From Candidatus Omnitrophota bacterium (lineage in GTDB: Bacteria; Omnitrophota; Gorgyraeia; Zapsychrales; Fredricksoniimonadaceae), in NCBI GenBank assembly GCA_903860135.1, contig CAIOPG010000004.1:272648-336647 (forward strand): a stretch of 64,000 nt of DNA, written 5' to 3'. The position numbers were made by a program, and so were the translations under genes. Position 1 is the stretch's first letter, and each line of letters starts with the position of its first letter. Under the pieces are notes generated by a model. The model made no database searches, was not told the DNA's origin, and worked only from the letters and a program-made list of their open reading frames with translations. Below, in pieces: positions 1 through 9,321 of the stretch.

Positions 1-951
1 GCCGGTAGCCTTCTGTTCAAAATCCGCCCGCGTCATCGTGTCTGGCTTGCCGACATCGATGACCTGCACCACATCAGCGTCAACGCCGGTAACCGTCACA
101 AAGTGTTCGCCCGCGAGGCTTGCGATAAATGGCGCGTTCAGCTTGAGCACATCGGCCTGTTTTAATTTAGCCGCGCTGAAATCCAGATCAAACGCTTCGG
201 CCACCCGTGAAAGGGCAAACAATGACGTTTTCAGCGTTTTATCACCTGGCTTAACAATGCCGCTGATCAAGTCAACCGTTAAGGTCATGACGGAAACTTC
301 TTCGGGCGTTTTCTGAATACCTTTAGCCACCAGAATATCGCCCAACGCATAAACACCGCAATTCAAATGATGCAATGCCGGATCAGCCAGCCAGGTGACA
401 ATGGCTTGTGTATCGGCGGCCGTAAAATTAACACGCGCATCAACGCTGAGCGTATGCTCCGGATGATTGAATGTAAAAAACGCATTCTTCTTGCCATCAT
501 CAAGTTTAAGATCGATGCGGCTCGAAGGCTTGCCAACCACCTGCGACAAGAGGTGTTGCATGCCGCCCGAGATCTGCATCGCCGTTTGTTCTGCCGGAGA
601 CAGTGTCGGCATCATTTCGATGTTGGGGGCTTTGGATCCGTAAAGAACCGCAGGATTGTAATTGAAAGCCCAGCTGATCTGATCAGGGATAAAAACGCAG
701 ATGATCAAAATGGCTATACCACGGATCCAGCCATTGAACCGGCTGGCAAACTGCCCCTCATAAAAATACACACCATTTGAGATTACAGCCGCGGCGGCGT
801 AATCTTCAAGCGATGCTTTAATTTTTAATGCTGTTTCTTGGGATTGGGAAGACGTTATGGTTTCGGAGCTGGGAGACAGGGCGATAGAAGGACTCTTATA
901 TATAAGAGTAGTAAAGAACTTTATTATATGTCCTTTAATCTTCTGTAGCAT
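1..951 (-). CDS. C39-like cysteine peptidase domain protein, partial (ATG at 951, runs off window start with no stop; 317 codons)
   Basis: Manual minus-strand translation: MLQKIKGHII... with a TM segment (IRGIAILIICVFIP). Later a Cys motif HHLNCGVYALGDIL, then ~90 aa on HFVTVTGVDADVVQVIDVGKPDTMTRADFEQKATG, resembling the C39/Peptidase_C39_2 Cys...His(HFVV)...DP.G...F pattern. Not in ORF track because no stop within window. Confidence 0.4.
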   Translation of the reverse strand, partial: MLQKIKGHIIKFFTTLIYKSPSIALSPSSETITSSQSQETALKIKASLEDYAAAAVISNGVYFYEGQFASRFNGWIRGIAILIICVFIPDQISWAFNYNPAVLYGSKAPNIEMMPTLSPAEQTAMQISGGMQHLLSQVVGKPSSRIDLKLDDGKKNAFFTFNHPEHTLSVDARVNFTAADTQAIVTWLADPALHHLNCGVYALGDILVAKGIQKTPEEVSVMTLTVDLISGIVKPGDKTLKTSLFALSRVAEAFDLDFSAAKLKQADVLKLNAPFIASLAGEHFVTVTGVDADVVQVIDVGKPDTMTRADFEQKATG

Positions 952-1163
952 CTTAGCCTCGGTTGCCATTCATGCACAATGCCTAAAAGCAATTCAACGA
1001 CTTAGGAAGTATAGCACAGAAAATTCGTCAAGCAAATTTTTAGATTTATTTTTACTTTTTTAAATGCTTTGTTATCAACACGTTACAGCTTTGTTTGAAT
1101 TTTTTATCTATTTATTTTATAATTTAAAATTTTTCTTTTGTATTGCCACCGTCGGATGGGAAG

Positions 1164-1239
1164 TCTGGACATTTAATGGCGTTCATCGGATTAACGTTCT
1201 TGTCTTCGTAAATGTCCAAGCTGTCCGTTTGGACATTTA
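1164..1239. promoter_or_regulatory. Three copies of TGGACATTTA (1166-1175 and 1230-1239 direct; 1209-1218 inverted as TAAATGTCCA) in the tadC/C39 intergenic region; the 1209-1239 pair forms a perfect 10-bp inverted repeat
   Basis: Read directly from sequence; position between tadC stop (1240) and C39 gene start (951) on the minus strand suggests an operator or hairpin. Confidence 0.3.
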
Positions 1240-2154
1240 CTAGCCACCGGTTAAATTCTTTAAAGGATTGTTATACATGAAATCCAAAAAGATAGGCGCG
1301 CCGACCAGGATGCCAACAACCGGAAAAATACAAAACAAAAGGGGCAGTAACATCTTTAAAGGCGCCTTGAGTGCCATGGCCTCACCCCGGCGATAGCGTG
1401 CAATGCGCATATCTTCAGAAAGGATATTGAGCGCCTCACTGACCGAAGTACCCATCTTGTCGGCCTGGATCAAGGTGCGCGAAAAAGTTGAAAGATCCGG
1501 GATCTCATACCTTTTTGCCAGATCACGCAGGGCGTCCCGGCGCGGTTTGCCGACATTTATTTCCTGAAGGACGTTATTCATTTCACTGATAAGGTGGGAC
1601 TGATTTGACTTCTCGACCACCCACTTGAGTGCCATCATAAAGTCAAGCCCTGCGTTAACACAAAGGCCGAGAAGATCGACCGTATCCGGCAATTGTTTGA
1701 TCACACTTTCTTTAACAGCTGCGATCTTACTGCGCAACCAGAATTCCGGAAGATAATAAGCTGCCGCCACGGAAAATACGATCCCCATGGGAAGCATTTC
1801 TTTTCCAATGAACGTAAGGGTTACGAAAACAAAGAACGCGCATACCAGTTCCTTGATCAAGAGAAATTCTTCGGGAGAAATGCCCGTAAAAGATACCGCA
1901 ATGCCCCGCATCATCTGCCGGCGCATTTCCTGGCTGATCAGGGGTTTGTTGAGGATCGCCAACCAACGGAAAATTGAGAAAATCGTTACCTGGCGTGAAG
2001 CCTTCTTCTGGGCTTGTGCCGACGATATAACCCCGAAATCATGAACTTTCAAGGTCGGCCTAGGTGTCAGGATATGCATACTAAAGCCAAATACCACCAG
2101 CATCCCCACCGCCACAAACAAAAAGAGAGCCGTCACCAGCATTAAAGCCTCCAT
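1240..2154 (-). CDS. tadC: Flp pilus assembly inner-membrane platform protein TadC-like (T2SS F family)
   Basis: 304 aa, multi-TM, T2SSF-type cytoplasmic domain (…ALRDLAKRYEIPDLSTFSRTLIQADKMGTSVSEALNILSEDMR…); adjacent second T2SSF paralog. Confidence 0.65.
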   Translation of the reverse strand: MEALMLVTALFLFVAVGMLVVFGFSMHILTPRPTLKVHDFGVISSAQAQKKASRQVTIFSIFRWLAILNKPLISQEMRRQMMRGIAVSFTGISPEEFLLIKELVCAFFVFVTLTFIGKEMLPMGIVFSVAAAYYLPEFWLRSKIAAVKESVIKQLPDTVDLLGLCVNAGLDFMMALKWVVEKSNQSHLISEMNNVLQEINVGKPRRDALRDLAKRYEIPDLSTFSRTLIQADKMGTSVSEALNILSEDMRIARYRRGEAMALKAPLKMLLPLLFCIFPVVGILVGAPIFLDFMYNNPLKNLTGG

Positions 2155-2163
2155 AATCCTGGG

Positions 2164-3021
2164 TTAATCATTAAATGAGCTGATCTTGATGATCAGGAAT
2201 GTGCCTACCAGCCAAAGTCCGAGCGCCGTCATGGTCAACATGCGCCCGAGATCCGTGGTCATCATGACATTAAAATATTTAGGGTTTGTCGAGTTAACGA
2301 GAAAAAAGAACCCCACAGGAAGCCCGCTCATAACAAGGGCCTGCAGTTTCCCTTGAACCGTCAATACCATCAGATTTTCTTCGATCTTGCGGCGCTCGCG
2401 GATCGTTCCCACAATGCGCGAAAAGATCAACGGTAAATTACCGCCCGTTTCACGCGAAAGCAGGATGGCGCTGATCATTTGCTGTAACGGCGGTGACAGC
2501 ATGCGCTTGTACAAGCGATTTAACGCCTCGTCGAGCGACACGCCCATCTTGTTTTCACCGAGCACAATGCCAAACTCATGATGGATCGGATTGGGCATTT
2601 CCTCAAAGACAGCCTCCATCGACTGGACCAGGCTCATGCCGCCGCGCAAGGAGCTAGACATGATCATCAAGGCATCGATGAGCTGTCCATCAAATTGACC
2701 CTTGCGTTGCTTCATCAAATGAGAGGCGTAAAACTTTGGCAGGGCCAATCCCAATAATCCACCCCCAAAAATGCCTGCCATACGAAAATTAGGATCTGGC
2801 ATGAGAAAAAACCCAATCGCCGCACCGGCAAAAGGCGCGATCACGAAAGCTTTCTGAACATTCTGTATATCCTCCGCGATCATCGAACGATCCATGCGCC
2901 GCGCAAAGTCTTTAGCGCGTTTTTTATTCATCTCATGAGCCCAGCGCACCGCCGCTGGAATTACAAAATATACGGTTAAAAGAACAGCTACAAAAACAAG
3001 AATAAAACTAACAGCCAGCAT
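2164..3021 (-). CDS. tadB: Flp pilus assembly platform protein TadB-like (T2SS F family)
   Basis: T2SSF-like (…GMSLVQSMEAVFEEMPNPIHHEFGIVLGENKMGVSLDEALNRLYKRM…). Start moved by inference to internal Met (MLAVSFILVF) to avoid overlap with the upstream pilin-like gene; track ORF is 2164..3093. Confidence 0.6.
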   Translation of the reverse strand: MLAVSFILVFVAVLLTVYFVIPAAVRWAHEMNKKRAKDFARRMDRSMIAEDIQNVQKAFVIAPFAGAAIGFFLMPDPNFRMAGIFGGGLLGLALPKFYASHLMKQRKGQFDGQLIDALMIMSSSLRGGMSLVQSMEAVFEEMPNPIHHEFGIVLGENKMGVSLDEALNRLYKRMLSPPLQQMISAILLSRETGGNLPLIFSRIVGTIRERRKIEENLMVLTVQGKLQALVMSGLPVGFFFLVNSTNPKYFNVMMTTDLGRMLTMTALGLWLVGTFLIIKISSFND

Positions 3022-3038
3022 AAACGTCTCTCTAGTTA

Positions 3039-3380
3039 TTAAGGTTGACCACTGCATGCTGCCTGACATGCCGTCCTTACATTGTCCGCACATGTATTAA
3101 ACTGGGTCGAACGCTTGCAGCCTGCCTTTAACAACTCATTATCAAAGCAAGCCTGGGAATACCATAGATGTAACATATCATCATACGCACAATCGATCGT
3201 CGCGCGCGGGCTATACTGCCGCAGGAACCCGATGGTTTCTCCAACCTTGCGGTATTGCCCCTGCAAGGCACGCTGAAGATAACCGCGAAAATAAACCATT
3301 ACCGTCAACACAATGACCATAAGGACAACATATTCCAACAAGCCGAAGGCTTTCTTAACACCTGATTGATCATGCCGCAT
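3039..3380 (-). CDS. Flp/TadE-like prepilin-type protein (113 aa, Cys-rich C-terminal part)
   Basis: N-terminus KKAFGLLEYVVLMVIVLTV matches Flp prepilin processing motif (A/G-XXXX-EY) followed by hydrophobic helix. Confidence 0.45.
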   Translation of the reverse strand: MRHDQSGVKKAFGLLEYVVLMVIVLTVMVYFRGYLQRALQGQYRKVGETIGFLRQYSPRATIDCAYDDMLHLWYSQACFDNELLKAGCKRSTQFNTCADNVRTACQAACSGQP

Positions 3381-3421
3381 GAGCGTCTCCGGTCATTATA
3401 AATCCCCGCCCGATACCATGG

Positions 3422-6211
3422 TTAAGAGCAACATTGAGAACATTTACGGAAAGCCATCTTGTATTTATTGTTTTCAATATAATATCGCGCACATGTTTCT
3501 GTCGCAACGCCCAGCCTCAACAAAGAATTGATATTATCCACGCACGTCACCCGCGTCGGAGCCTTTTGCGGATTCAACATGAACGCTTCGTTAAGGTGTT
3601 CCCCGGCCGGGATCGTGCCCGTTGGCTTGGTCTGCGGCAGGACACAGTTTGTCCACACCTGCGCGGCGGTGGCCGCGGTCTTGGGATTCCCGTGCGGATT
3701 ATGATAAAGGATCCGCCACAAAGAAAGGCCGCTCAGGAATTTTAGAAAACCATTCTCATTAAGATCATGATCTTCGTCATAACGCACCACCCGCAAACCA
3801 ACGCAACCCGAGGTATCTGTCAGCTCATAACACCGCGTAGAACCCAAGAAGCCCGTGGTATATGTTCTGATCCAAGGGAATCTATCCGTGCATGTGTTGA
3901 AACCAGCGGCACCGGTACTGCGGTTGGGTATGGCGGCTTCCACCTTGACAAGGTGCAAATAGCCATACCCGCGCGAGCCACTCCAGTCATCAGGCCGCGG
4001 AGAGAACCAGCCGTAAACAACCTGGTTGCCAAGACCACCGGCCTTTACCGCCGCATCCACAGCCAACACCAACTGCCTAAGCGTACCGGGAGCTGTGTTT
4101 AAATAAGCCAAGGCATTCTGCATAATAACCTTAGCGGCCTGGGCCTTTGTATTCATATCCTGCAAATACCGTTTGCGTGCGGCTATTTTTGCCACCTGAT
4201 TCATCGACAAATACGCACTTTCTTGTATATTTGCCAAATAACTGCTCGAGGCTGGCGAACATACCGCACCGGCACACACCGGCCTTCCGGGATCGGTGTT
4301 GGCATTGAACCCCGTCACCAAAGAACGCGGCATATTATTACAGGCGGTTGTAGGACACGACGGTGTCGCAACGGTGCAACCCGCACAAAGAACCTCGCAG
4401 GCATTAAAGGCGGTTGTTGCCCCCTCGTTGTATTCCAGGCATTTGATCACGCCGCCCAAGGACCCCCATGGCCCTCCTGTCAATATAGCATTGGCCTCTA
4501 TCGGCATAAGCCCCACTTGACTTGCCGGCACACACCAGCTTTGACTGTTGGCATACGGCCCCGCCTGCCAGGTATTGATCAACTGTATCCAACGTGCCAG
4601 ACGTGCCTGCCATAACACCATGGTATCGGCTGTCTGCAACACCGTTTCTTTCCAGGCACCTACCGAACTTAATATTGCTTTTTGCTTTGCGGCATCGGTC
4701 GTCAGCAAGCCTTCAAACGTAGCTTTAAAATAATCCGCCTCGATCGCAAAGGCGTCAAAAGCATCGTTCCTCCACAAATTTTTATGATCAGCGGCTGAAC
4801 AATTACAACCGTTCACAAGTGCCGCCGCCGTTTGGCCGGCTTCCTGACAAGCGGCCACGGCTGTGCCCGAGCTACCCGATTCCATCTTCACCGGATAAAT
4901 TTTTCCGGCTGTATCGGCGAACGTAGCCGAACCAAAATCTGCCCCTTTTTTCCAAACAAAATTTGTTGTCGCGTCAACGGCAGGGTCAACAGGACAGGCT
5001 GTGTCGGCAAGTGGCCGAAAAGCTGTTATATCCGCAACCGTATCGATGACACGCGTATCCAGGCTTGACGGTAAACTGCTTCGGTTACCAAAAACATGCG
5101 CACAACAACCGTTGCCCGTACACGGCTTGGGCAAAACCAGCTGATCATAGGCAACGGTCCCCGATGGACGATAAAGCAAGGGAGACGCCGTTTCCGGCGC
5201 ACACGTTCCAACAGCCGTTGCCGAACACCAATGACAACCGGGGCTGGTTGTTGCCAGACTGCTGTAAGAAAGGCTGGCCAATGCTGGCTGTGTATCCGCC
5301 AGAAGCCATAAAAACTTGAACATATCCCCCTTGCTGTCTCCGCCACGATAAATGCCCAGAGTATCTACCGCTTCGGAACCATAACTGGTGATATACCGCC
5401 GCGTATCCCCGTCATCAGCCTCGAGCACACCCATCAAGTTATTCCCTGGCGTCACTATGCCCAATCTGTCTTCAAAATCTTGCAAAAAGGCACGCAAGGC
5501 CTGAACCGATGCCACCGACACAGGCGCGATGCTTTTCATCCGTTCATTATAAAAATAAGCAAATCTGGGCACTTCTTCTCCGGGAATGCCTTTGTTAGTT
5601 AAAGCATCCGGATTATACCAACGTCCATCCATATCAAGATCCCAGCGATCATTCACCATCACGCCATCGCTCTGAACCGTACTCAAAGCCCCTTTAAGCC
5701 CGGCTTCAAGGTATTGATCTTCAACGGCCGGCATCGCCATCGCCGATTTATTCCAGGCCTTGGTCAGCCCAGGATCGCTGATACCCACCTGCAGTCCGAT
5801 CCCCACAGCCGTTAACACCGCCGCTGTTGCCGCGGCGGCAAAAACATTTCCGGCCAGCAAGGCACTAAAAAACGAACTGCCATTCAAAGAGGCTATCCCG
5901 CAACCCGGAACAAACACCATGATAGCAACAAGAAGAATTAGCGTAAGCAGGGAAGCAAAAAGCCCGGTGTATTGACACAGCTTAACGTTACCATCGAGCT
6001 GTGTCCCCATGATTTGACTTTGTCCATAGCTGGCCATCAACGACACCAGTGTCGATGCCCCGGTATTGGAAGAAATCGTGACCGCCGTCTTTATGGCTGT
6101 CATCCTGGACCAGTTCAGAGAAGCGGCATAAAGGATGAGGGCTACCGCTATCAGAACCATGATGATGAGGGACATTTGCCCTTTACGGCCTACTGGCATA
6201 ACCATCCTCAT
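3422..6211 (-). CDS. Large (929 aa) membrane-anchored, Cys-rich predicted extracellular protein of the Tad locus (TadG-like N-terminus; candidate pilus-associated adhesin)
   Basis: N-terminus RKGQMSLIIMVLIAVALILYA is pseudopilin-like; a second hydrophobic stretch; >40 Cys in the extracellular part; no recognisable enzyme motifs. Located between pilin array and tadB. Confidence 0.4.
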   Translation of the reverse strand: MRMVMPVGRKGQMSLIIMVLIAVALILYAASLNWSRMTAIKTAVTISSNTGASTLVSLMASYGQSQIMGTQLDGNVKLCQYTGLFASLLTLILLVAIMVFVPGCGIASLNGSSFFSALLAGNVFAAAATAAVLTAVGIGLQVGISDPGLTKAWNKSAMAMPAVEDQYLEAGLKGALSTVQSDGVMVNDRWDLDMDGRWYNPDALTNKGIPGEEVPRFAYFYNERMKSIAPVSVASVQALRAFLQDFEDRLGIVTPGNNLMGVLEADDGDTRRYITSYGSEAVDTLGIYRGGDSKGDMFKFLWLLADTQPALASLSYSSLATTSPGCHWCSATAVGTCAPETASPLLYRPSGTVAYDQLVLPKPCTGNGCCAHVFGNRSSLPSSLDTRVIDTVADITAFRPLADTACPVDPAVDATTNFVWKKGADFGSATFADTAGKIYPVKMESGSSGTAVAACQEAGQTAAALVNGCNCSAADHKNLWRNDAFDAFAIEADYFKATFEGLLTTDAAKQKAILSSVGAWKETVLQTADTMVLWQARLARWIQLINTWQAGPYANSQSWCVPASQVGLMPIEANAILTGGPWGSLGGVIKCLEYNEGATTAFNACEVLCAGCTVATPSCPTTACNNMPRSLVTGFNANTDPGRPVCAGAVCSPASSSYLANIQESAYLSMNQVAKIAARKRYLQDMNTKAQAAKVIMQNALAYLNTAPGTLRQLVLAVDAAVKAGGLGNQVVYGWFSPRPDDWSGSRGYGYLHLVKVEAAIPNRSTGAAGFNTCTDRFPWIRTYTTGFLGSTRCYELTDTSGCVGLRVVRYDEDHDLNENGFLKFLSGLSLWRILYHNPHGNPKTAATAAQVWTNCVLPQTKPTGTIPAGEHLNEAFMLNPQKAPTRVTCVDNINSLLRLGVATETCARYYIENNKYKMAFRKCSQCCS

Positions 6212-6227
6212 TTCATATTATGCGCGA

Positions 6228-6458
6228 CTATTTCATGGGCCGGACTTGATGAAAATCCGGGTTCAACTGTTGTTCCGTTGAGAGCGATGCGTTCCTTAAA
6301 ACCGCTTCATGATCAAACCGGCGCTCGGCCATATCCATCATGCCCCAGCGAAAAACACCGATCATGCCGTTAATGAGCAAACAGACGACGATCATTCCCG
6401 CCGTATATTCCAGGATAGCCTGCCCATCTTTCTGCTTGTTATGACTCTTTGACATCAT
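6228..6458 (-). CDS. Flp-family prepilin-like protein (76 aa)
   Basis: KDGQAILEYTAGMIVVCLLING = G-QAIL-EY motif plus hydrophobic helix. Confidence 0.5.
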   Translation of the reverse strand: MMSKSHNKQKDGQAILEYTAGMIVVCLLINGMIGVFRWGMMDMAERRFDHEAVLRNASLSTEQQLNPDFHQVRPMK

Positions 6459-7912
6459 GGGGCTGACGTACTTTCATTCCAGGGTTCGTCCATGGCTGTT
6501 ACCCATTTCCGGCCGCGCTTGTCACTGATACGGCTTCGGATAAAAAGTCTCTTCATGGCCGTATCAAAACAGGTGCGCTGGATCATGGCCGTATCCATGC
6601 AACAACTGACACCCGTGGCGGCAGCCCCGCAGGAAGCCTCGACCGACACCGGATTCCTGCTCACAAACCCAGCCGGATCCATCATGTTCCAGTTCAATTG
6701 GTACTCACGTTCTATGACATCATTCTGATTTTTTCTAATTGTACTAACATTCAATGGTTGGCCACCCAATGAAAAATTTTTACCTTCTCGCACATCAAAA
6801 TAGGTTACTTCTCCCGCGGCGCATGTCGCTGTCGCCGTGGGAACACATTGTGTCTGCGAATAGATCCGCATATCGGGCCGCATCCCGGGCTTACGTTCAT
6901 CGGTCCCCGCAAAATCCGCCGCCGACTTGTTTGCGTCCAGATCACCTGCCGTTGTATCAATGACCGCAACCGTATACGCCACATAACCAGCACAGGCCGT
7001 GCCAGCCCACGTCAATGCATAAACGGTCTCTTCGGTGCGATCCCCGTTGACATCATAAGAGGGATACGCCCCATTGTCCGTATCGATTGAATCGGCAACC
7101 TCTTTCAGTGTTTTCCATGTCCATTGCCACGTCGGATCTCCAGCCGTCGTCATATCATCTGTATAAATACCATTGCGATCCAAATCAAACCGTCGCACAT
7201 CGTAAGCATTAAAATCCGTGTTGTTAGCCGTGATGGCCGTATAAAAAGGGGGCGTGGTACCTGTTGCTGTCGCTGTGCCGTAATGTGTCCATTCATAAAT
7301 CAACCGTTGCCGGGCAAGCTTGTTATTGTCTGAATTGATATTGACCACACCAGCACCCCCTGAACACATGCTGTCTCCGCTACCATCAGAAGGCAACAGC
7401 AAGATCGTCAGCTGATCTGCATTCGCCGCCGCCATGGTTGCGGGTGGCGCGGCCAACGCCGACTGTTGAAGTAGCATTTTGTATTTTACGAAAGCCCCCG
7501 TCGACATGTGAAATTCCTGACCATTGATCTTCATATCTACCATGGGAAGATTTTGATCTTCCTTCCAATCTACCGGTAACATAGCATTTTTATTCAGCAT
7601 CCCGGCCCCGGTCACCATGACCGGCTGACGATCAAGAAATCCGTATCTCCCAAAATCACCGGTCAGACGATCTTCAAAAAACACATACGATGCCTGCACC
7701 CGCGACGCCGTGTTACTTTCAGAAGAAAGATACGAACGGCTCAGGGCAATGCGCATGGCCTGCAATTGGGCATTCTGTTGAAAAGAACCGGAAAGAAAAT
7801 TCGTGGCAATACCTGTTATAATAAAAAAAAGCACAGCTCCGAAAATGGCCAATTCAATGATGGATTGCGCCAATGTCGAAGACAGTGCTTTCTTCCTTTG
7901 ATTCTTCATCAT
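6455..7912 (-). CDS. TadG/TadE-like pseudopilin-type large protein (485 aa)
   Basis: N-terminus ALSSTLAQSIIELAIFGAVLFFIITG: A-QSII-E(L) prepilin-like with Glu at +5, single N-terminal TM, large extracellular domain. Confidence 0.5.
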   Translation of the reverse strand: MMKNQRKKALSSTLAQSIIELAIFGAVLFFIITGIATNFLSGSFQQNAQLQAMRIALSRSYLSSESNTASRVQASYVFFEDRLTGDFGRYGFLDRQPVMVTGAGMLNKNAMLPVDWKEDQNLPMVDMKINGQEFHMSTGAFVKYKMLLQQSALAAPPATMAAANADQLTILLLPSDGSGDSMCSGGAGVVNINSDNNKLARQRLIYEWTHYGTATATGTTPPFYTAITANNTDFNAYDVRRFDLDRNGIYTDDMTTAGDPTWQWTWKTLKEVADSIDTDNGAYPSYDVNGDRTEETVYALTWAGTACAGYVAYTVAVIDTTAGDLDANKSAADFAGTDERKPGMRPDMRIYSQTQCVPTATATCAAGEVTYFDVREGKNFSLGGQPLNVSTIRKNQNDVIEREYQLNWNMMDPAGFVSRNPVSVEASCGAAATGVSCCMDTAMIQRTCFDTAMKRLFIRSRISDKRGRKWVTAMDEPWNESTSAP

Positions 7913-8236
7913 TTATGGTCCCGTAGGCGACATTGTTGAAGAAACTGTCTTGGCTTCCGTGCTCGTTGAATCATCCACCCTGTACGTGATCGAACCATTG
8001 ACTCCGGATGCTGTCGCCGGAATAACATAAAGGCGTGACTGAGAGGTTGTGCTTAAGGCATAATGTGTTTGTCCGGTCAGCGCATTGGCATCATACTGAT
8101 CGCCCAGATCATCCACCGACTGTTTCATGCGCCCTTGAAACCCGCGCTTGATGTAGGCCTGCATGGTCAAGAAAGCGGCGATGATAATCATGAGCAATAG
8201 CGAGTATTCCAGAAAACTTTGGGCTTTTCTCATCAT
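7913..8236 (-). CDS. Flp-family pilin-like protein (107 aa, Ser/Thr-rich C-terminus)
   Basis: MMRKAQSFLEYSLLLMIIIAAF: A-QSFL-EY motif + hydrophobic helix. Confidence 0.55.
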   Translation of the reverse strand: MMRKAQSFLEYSLLLMIIIAAFLTMQAYIKRGFQGRMKQSVDDLGDQYDANALTGQTHYALSTTSQSRLYVIPATASGVNGSITYRVDDSTSTEAKTVSSTMSPTGP

Positions 8237-8237
8237 A

Positions 8238-8570
8238 TCAATCCAGGATAAATCCCATATTAGTCAAAGAATTTGTCATTGTCGTTACTTGCTCTTGCAC
8301 ATTGCGCACACTCCATCCGCCCGCATCATTGCGCACATTGTCAATCTGACTGCTTGTGACTGTATTTGATCCCTGCAAATAGGCATCACCCGTATTCATG
8401 TCCTGTTCCGCTCCTTTTTGATCACCGATCTGATCAGCCGCAGATTTCATCATGCTTTGCGTGGTGCGTTTGAGGCGGGGAAACATCGTCATAACGGCAG
8501 CCACAAGAATGGTGATCAGCAGAACATATTCCATCAATGACTGTGCCCGGCGTGACAACAACATATACAT
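8238..8570 (-). CDS. Flp-family pilin-like protein (110 aa)
   Basis: RRAQSLMEYVLLITILVAAV: A-QSLM-EY motif. Confidence 0.55.
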   Translation of the reverse strand: MYMLLSRRAQSLMEYVLLITILVAAVMTMFPRLKRTTQSMMKSAADQIGDQKGAEQDMNTGDAYLQGSNTVTSSQIDNVRNDAGGWSVRNVQEQVTTMTNSLTNMGFILD

Positions 8571-8586
8571 TACCTGTTGTATTAAA

Positions 8587-8925
8587 TTATTGTGGCGCTG
8601 CCTGACTGCTATTGGATACGATCAAACGCTGTGTGCTTGTGTCTTTTTGATACCCCGTAGCCACAGCTTTTTCAGTTGCCTTTGTGTCTGTGTCCGTCGT
8701 CGTTGTTGACGTGGTGTAATAAGGTTCATATTCAACCTGGACTGGTTTATAAAGAGCAAGCGCGGCCTTGGCAACCACGAGCGCATTAATATCAAAACTC
8801 CGGGCTTGCAAGGTGCGGCGAACATAGATTGACATGCCAATGAGCGCGCCAACAACCAAAAAAATCAAAATGACATACTCGGCACTGATACCCTGGGCTT
8901 TTGTACAACGTAACTTCCTTGACAT
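8587..8925 (-). CDS. Flp-family pilin-like protein (~112 aa, Thr-rich; YEPYY motif shared with 9322..9693 paralog)
   Basis: Start placed at internal ATG (8925) preceded by GAGGG RBS: MSRKLRCTKAQGISAEYVILIFLVVGAL. Track ORF 8587..8988 extends upstream through the terminator hairpin. Confidence 0.5.
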   Translation of the reverse strand: MSRKLRCTKAQGISAEYVILIFLVVGALIGMSIYVRRTLQARSFDINALVVAKAALALYKPVQVEYEPYYTTSTTTTDTDTKATEKAVATGYQKDTSTQRLIVSNSSQAAPQ

Positions 8926-8942
8926 ACACCGCCCTCTGATGG

Positions 8943-8979
8943 GTAAAAAGCAGAAAGGGCTCCCCTGAGCCCTTTCTGC
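8943..8979 (-). terminator. Intra-array palindromic hairpin with flanking T-tract (GCAGAAAGGGCTC-4nt-GAGCCCTTTCTGC), placed right after the stop of the 8989..9303 pilin gene
   Basis: 13-bp perfect stem read from sequence; T-tract on both sides (bidirectional terminator-like). Likely attenuates read-through into downstream pilin paralogs. Confidence 0.45.
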
Positions 8980-8988
8980 TTTTGCCAA

Positions 8989-9303
8989 TCAATTACCCCA
9001 ATATTCACCATCCGTATTCGTTCCAATAGCACGAACGGTATTCTGGATCGTGTCATGTACCAACCCAGTCGTTGCAACACCGGAAGTGGAATTTTCCTGT
9101 GTTCGCGAATTGGTTGTCACAACCTTATAATAATTTGCAGCTGATGCTATAGAATATTGATCGCCTATATCATCTGTTGCGCTTTTCAAACGACCTGAAA
9201 TACCACGTTTGATATACGTTTGCAATGTTAAAAGTGCCGCAATGATGATAACCATCAAAATAGCATACTCGAGCACGCTTTGACCACGCTTTGTTTGCAA
9301 CAT
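8989..9303 (-). CDS. Flp-family pilin-like protein (104 aa)
   Basis: MLQTKRGQSVLEYAILMVIIIAALLTLQ: canonical G-XXXX-EY Flp motif. Confidence 0.6.
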   Translation of the reverse strand: MLQTKRGQSVLEYAILMVIIIAALLTLQTYIKRGISGRLKSATDDIGDQYSIASAANYYKVVTTNSRTQENSTSGVATTGLVHDTIQNTVRAIGTNTDGEYWGN

Positions 9304-9321
9304 AATGCTTTGTCCTTTCTC

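Noticed and set aside
38-1063. Plus-strand ORFs 38..316, 367..780, 857..1063
   Set aside because: No recognisable features; the opposite strand carries a continuous 317-codon ORF with peptidase-like motifs that explains the region better.
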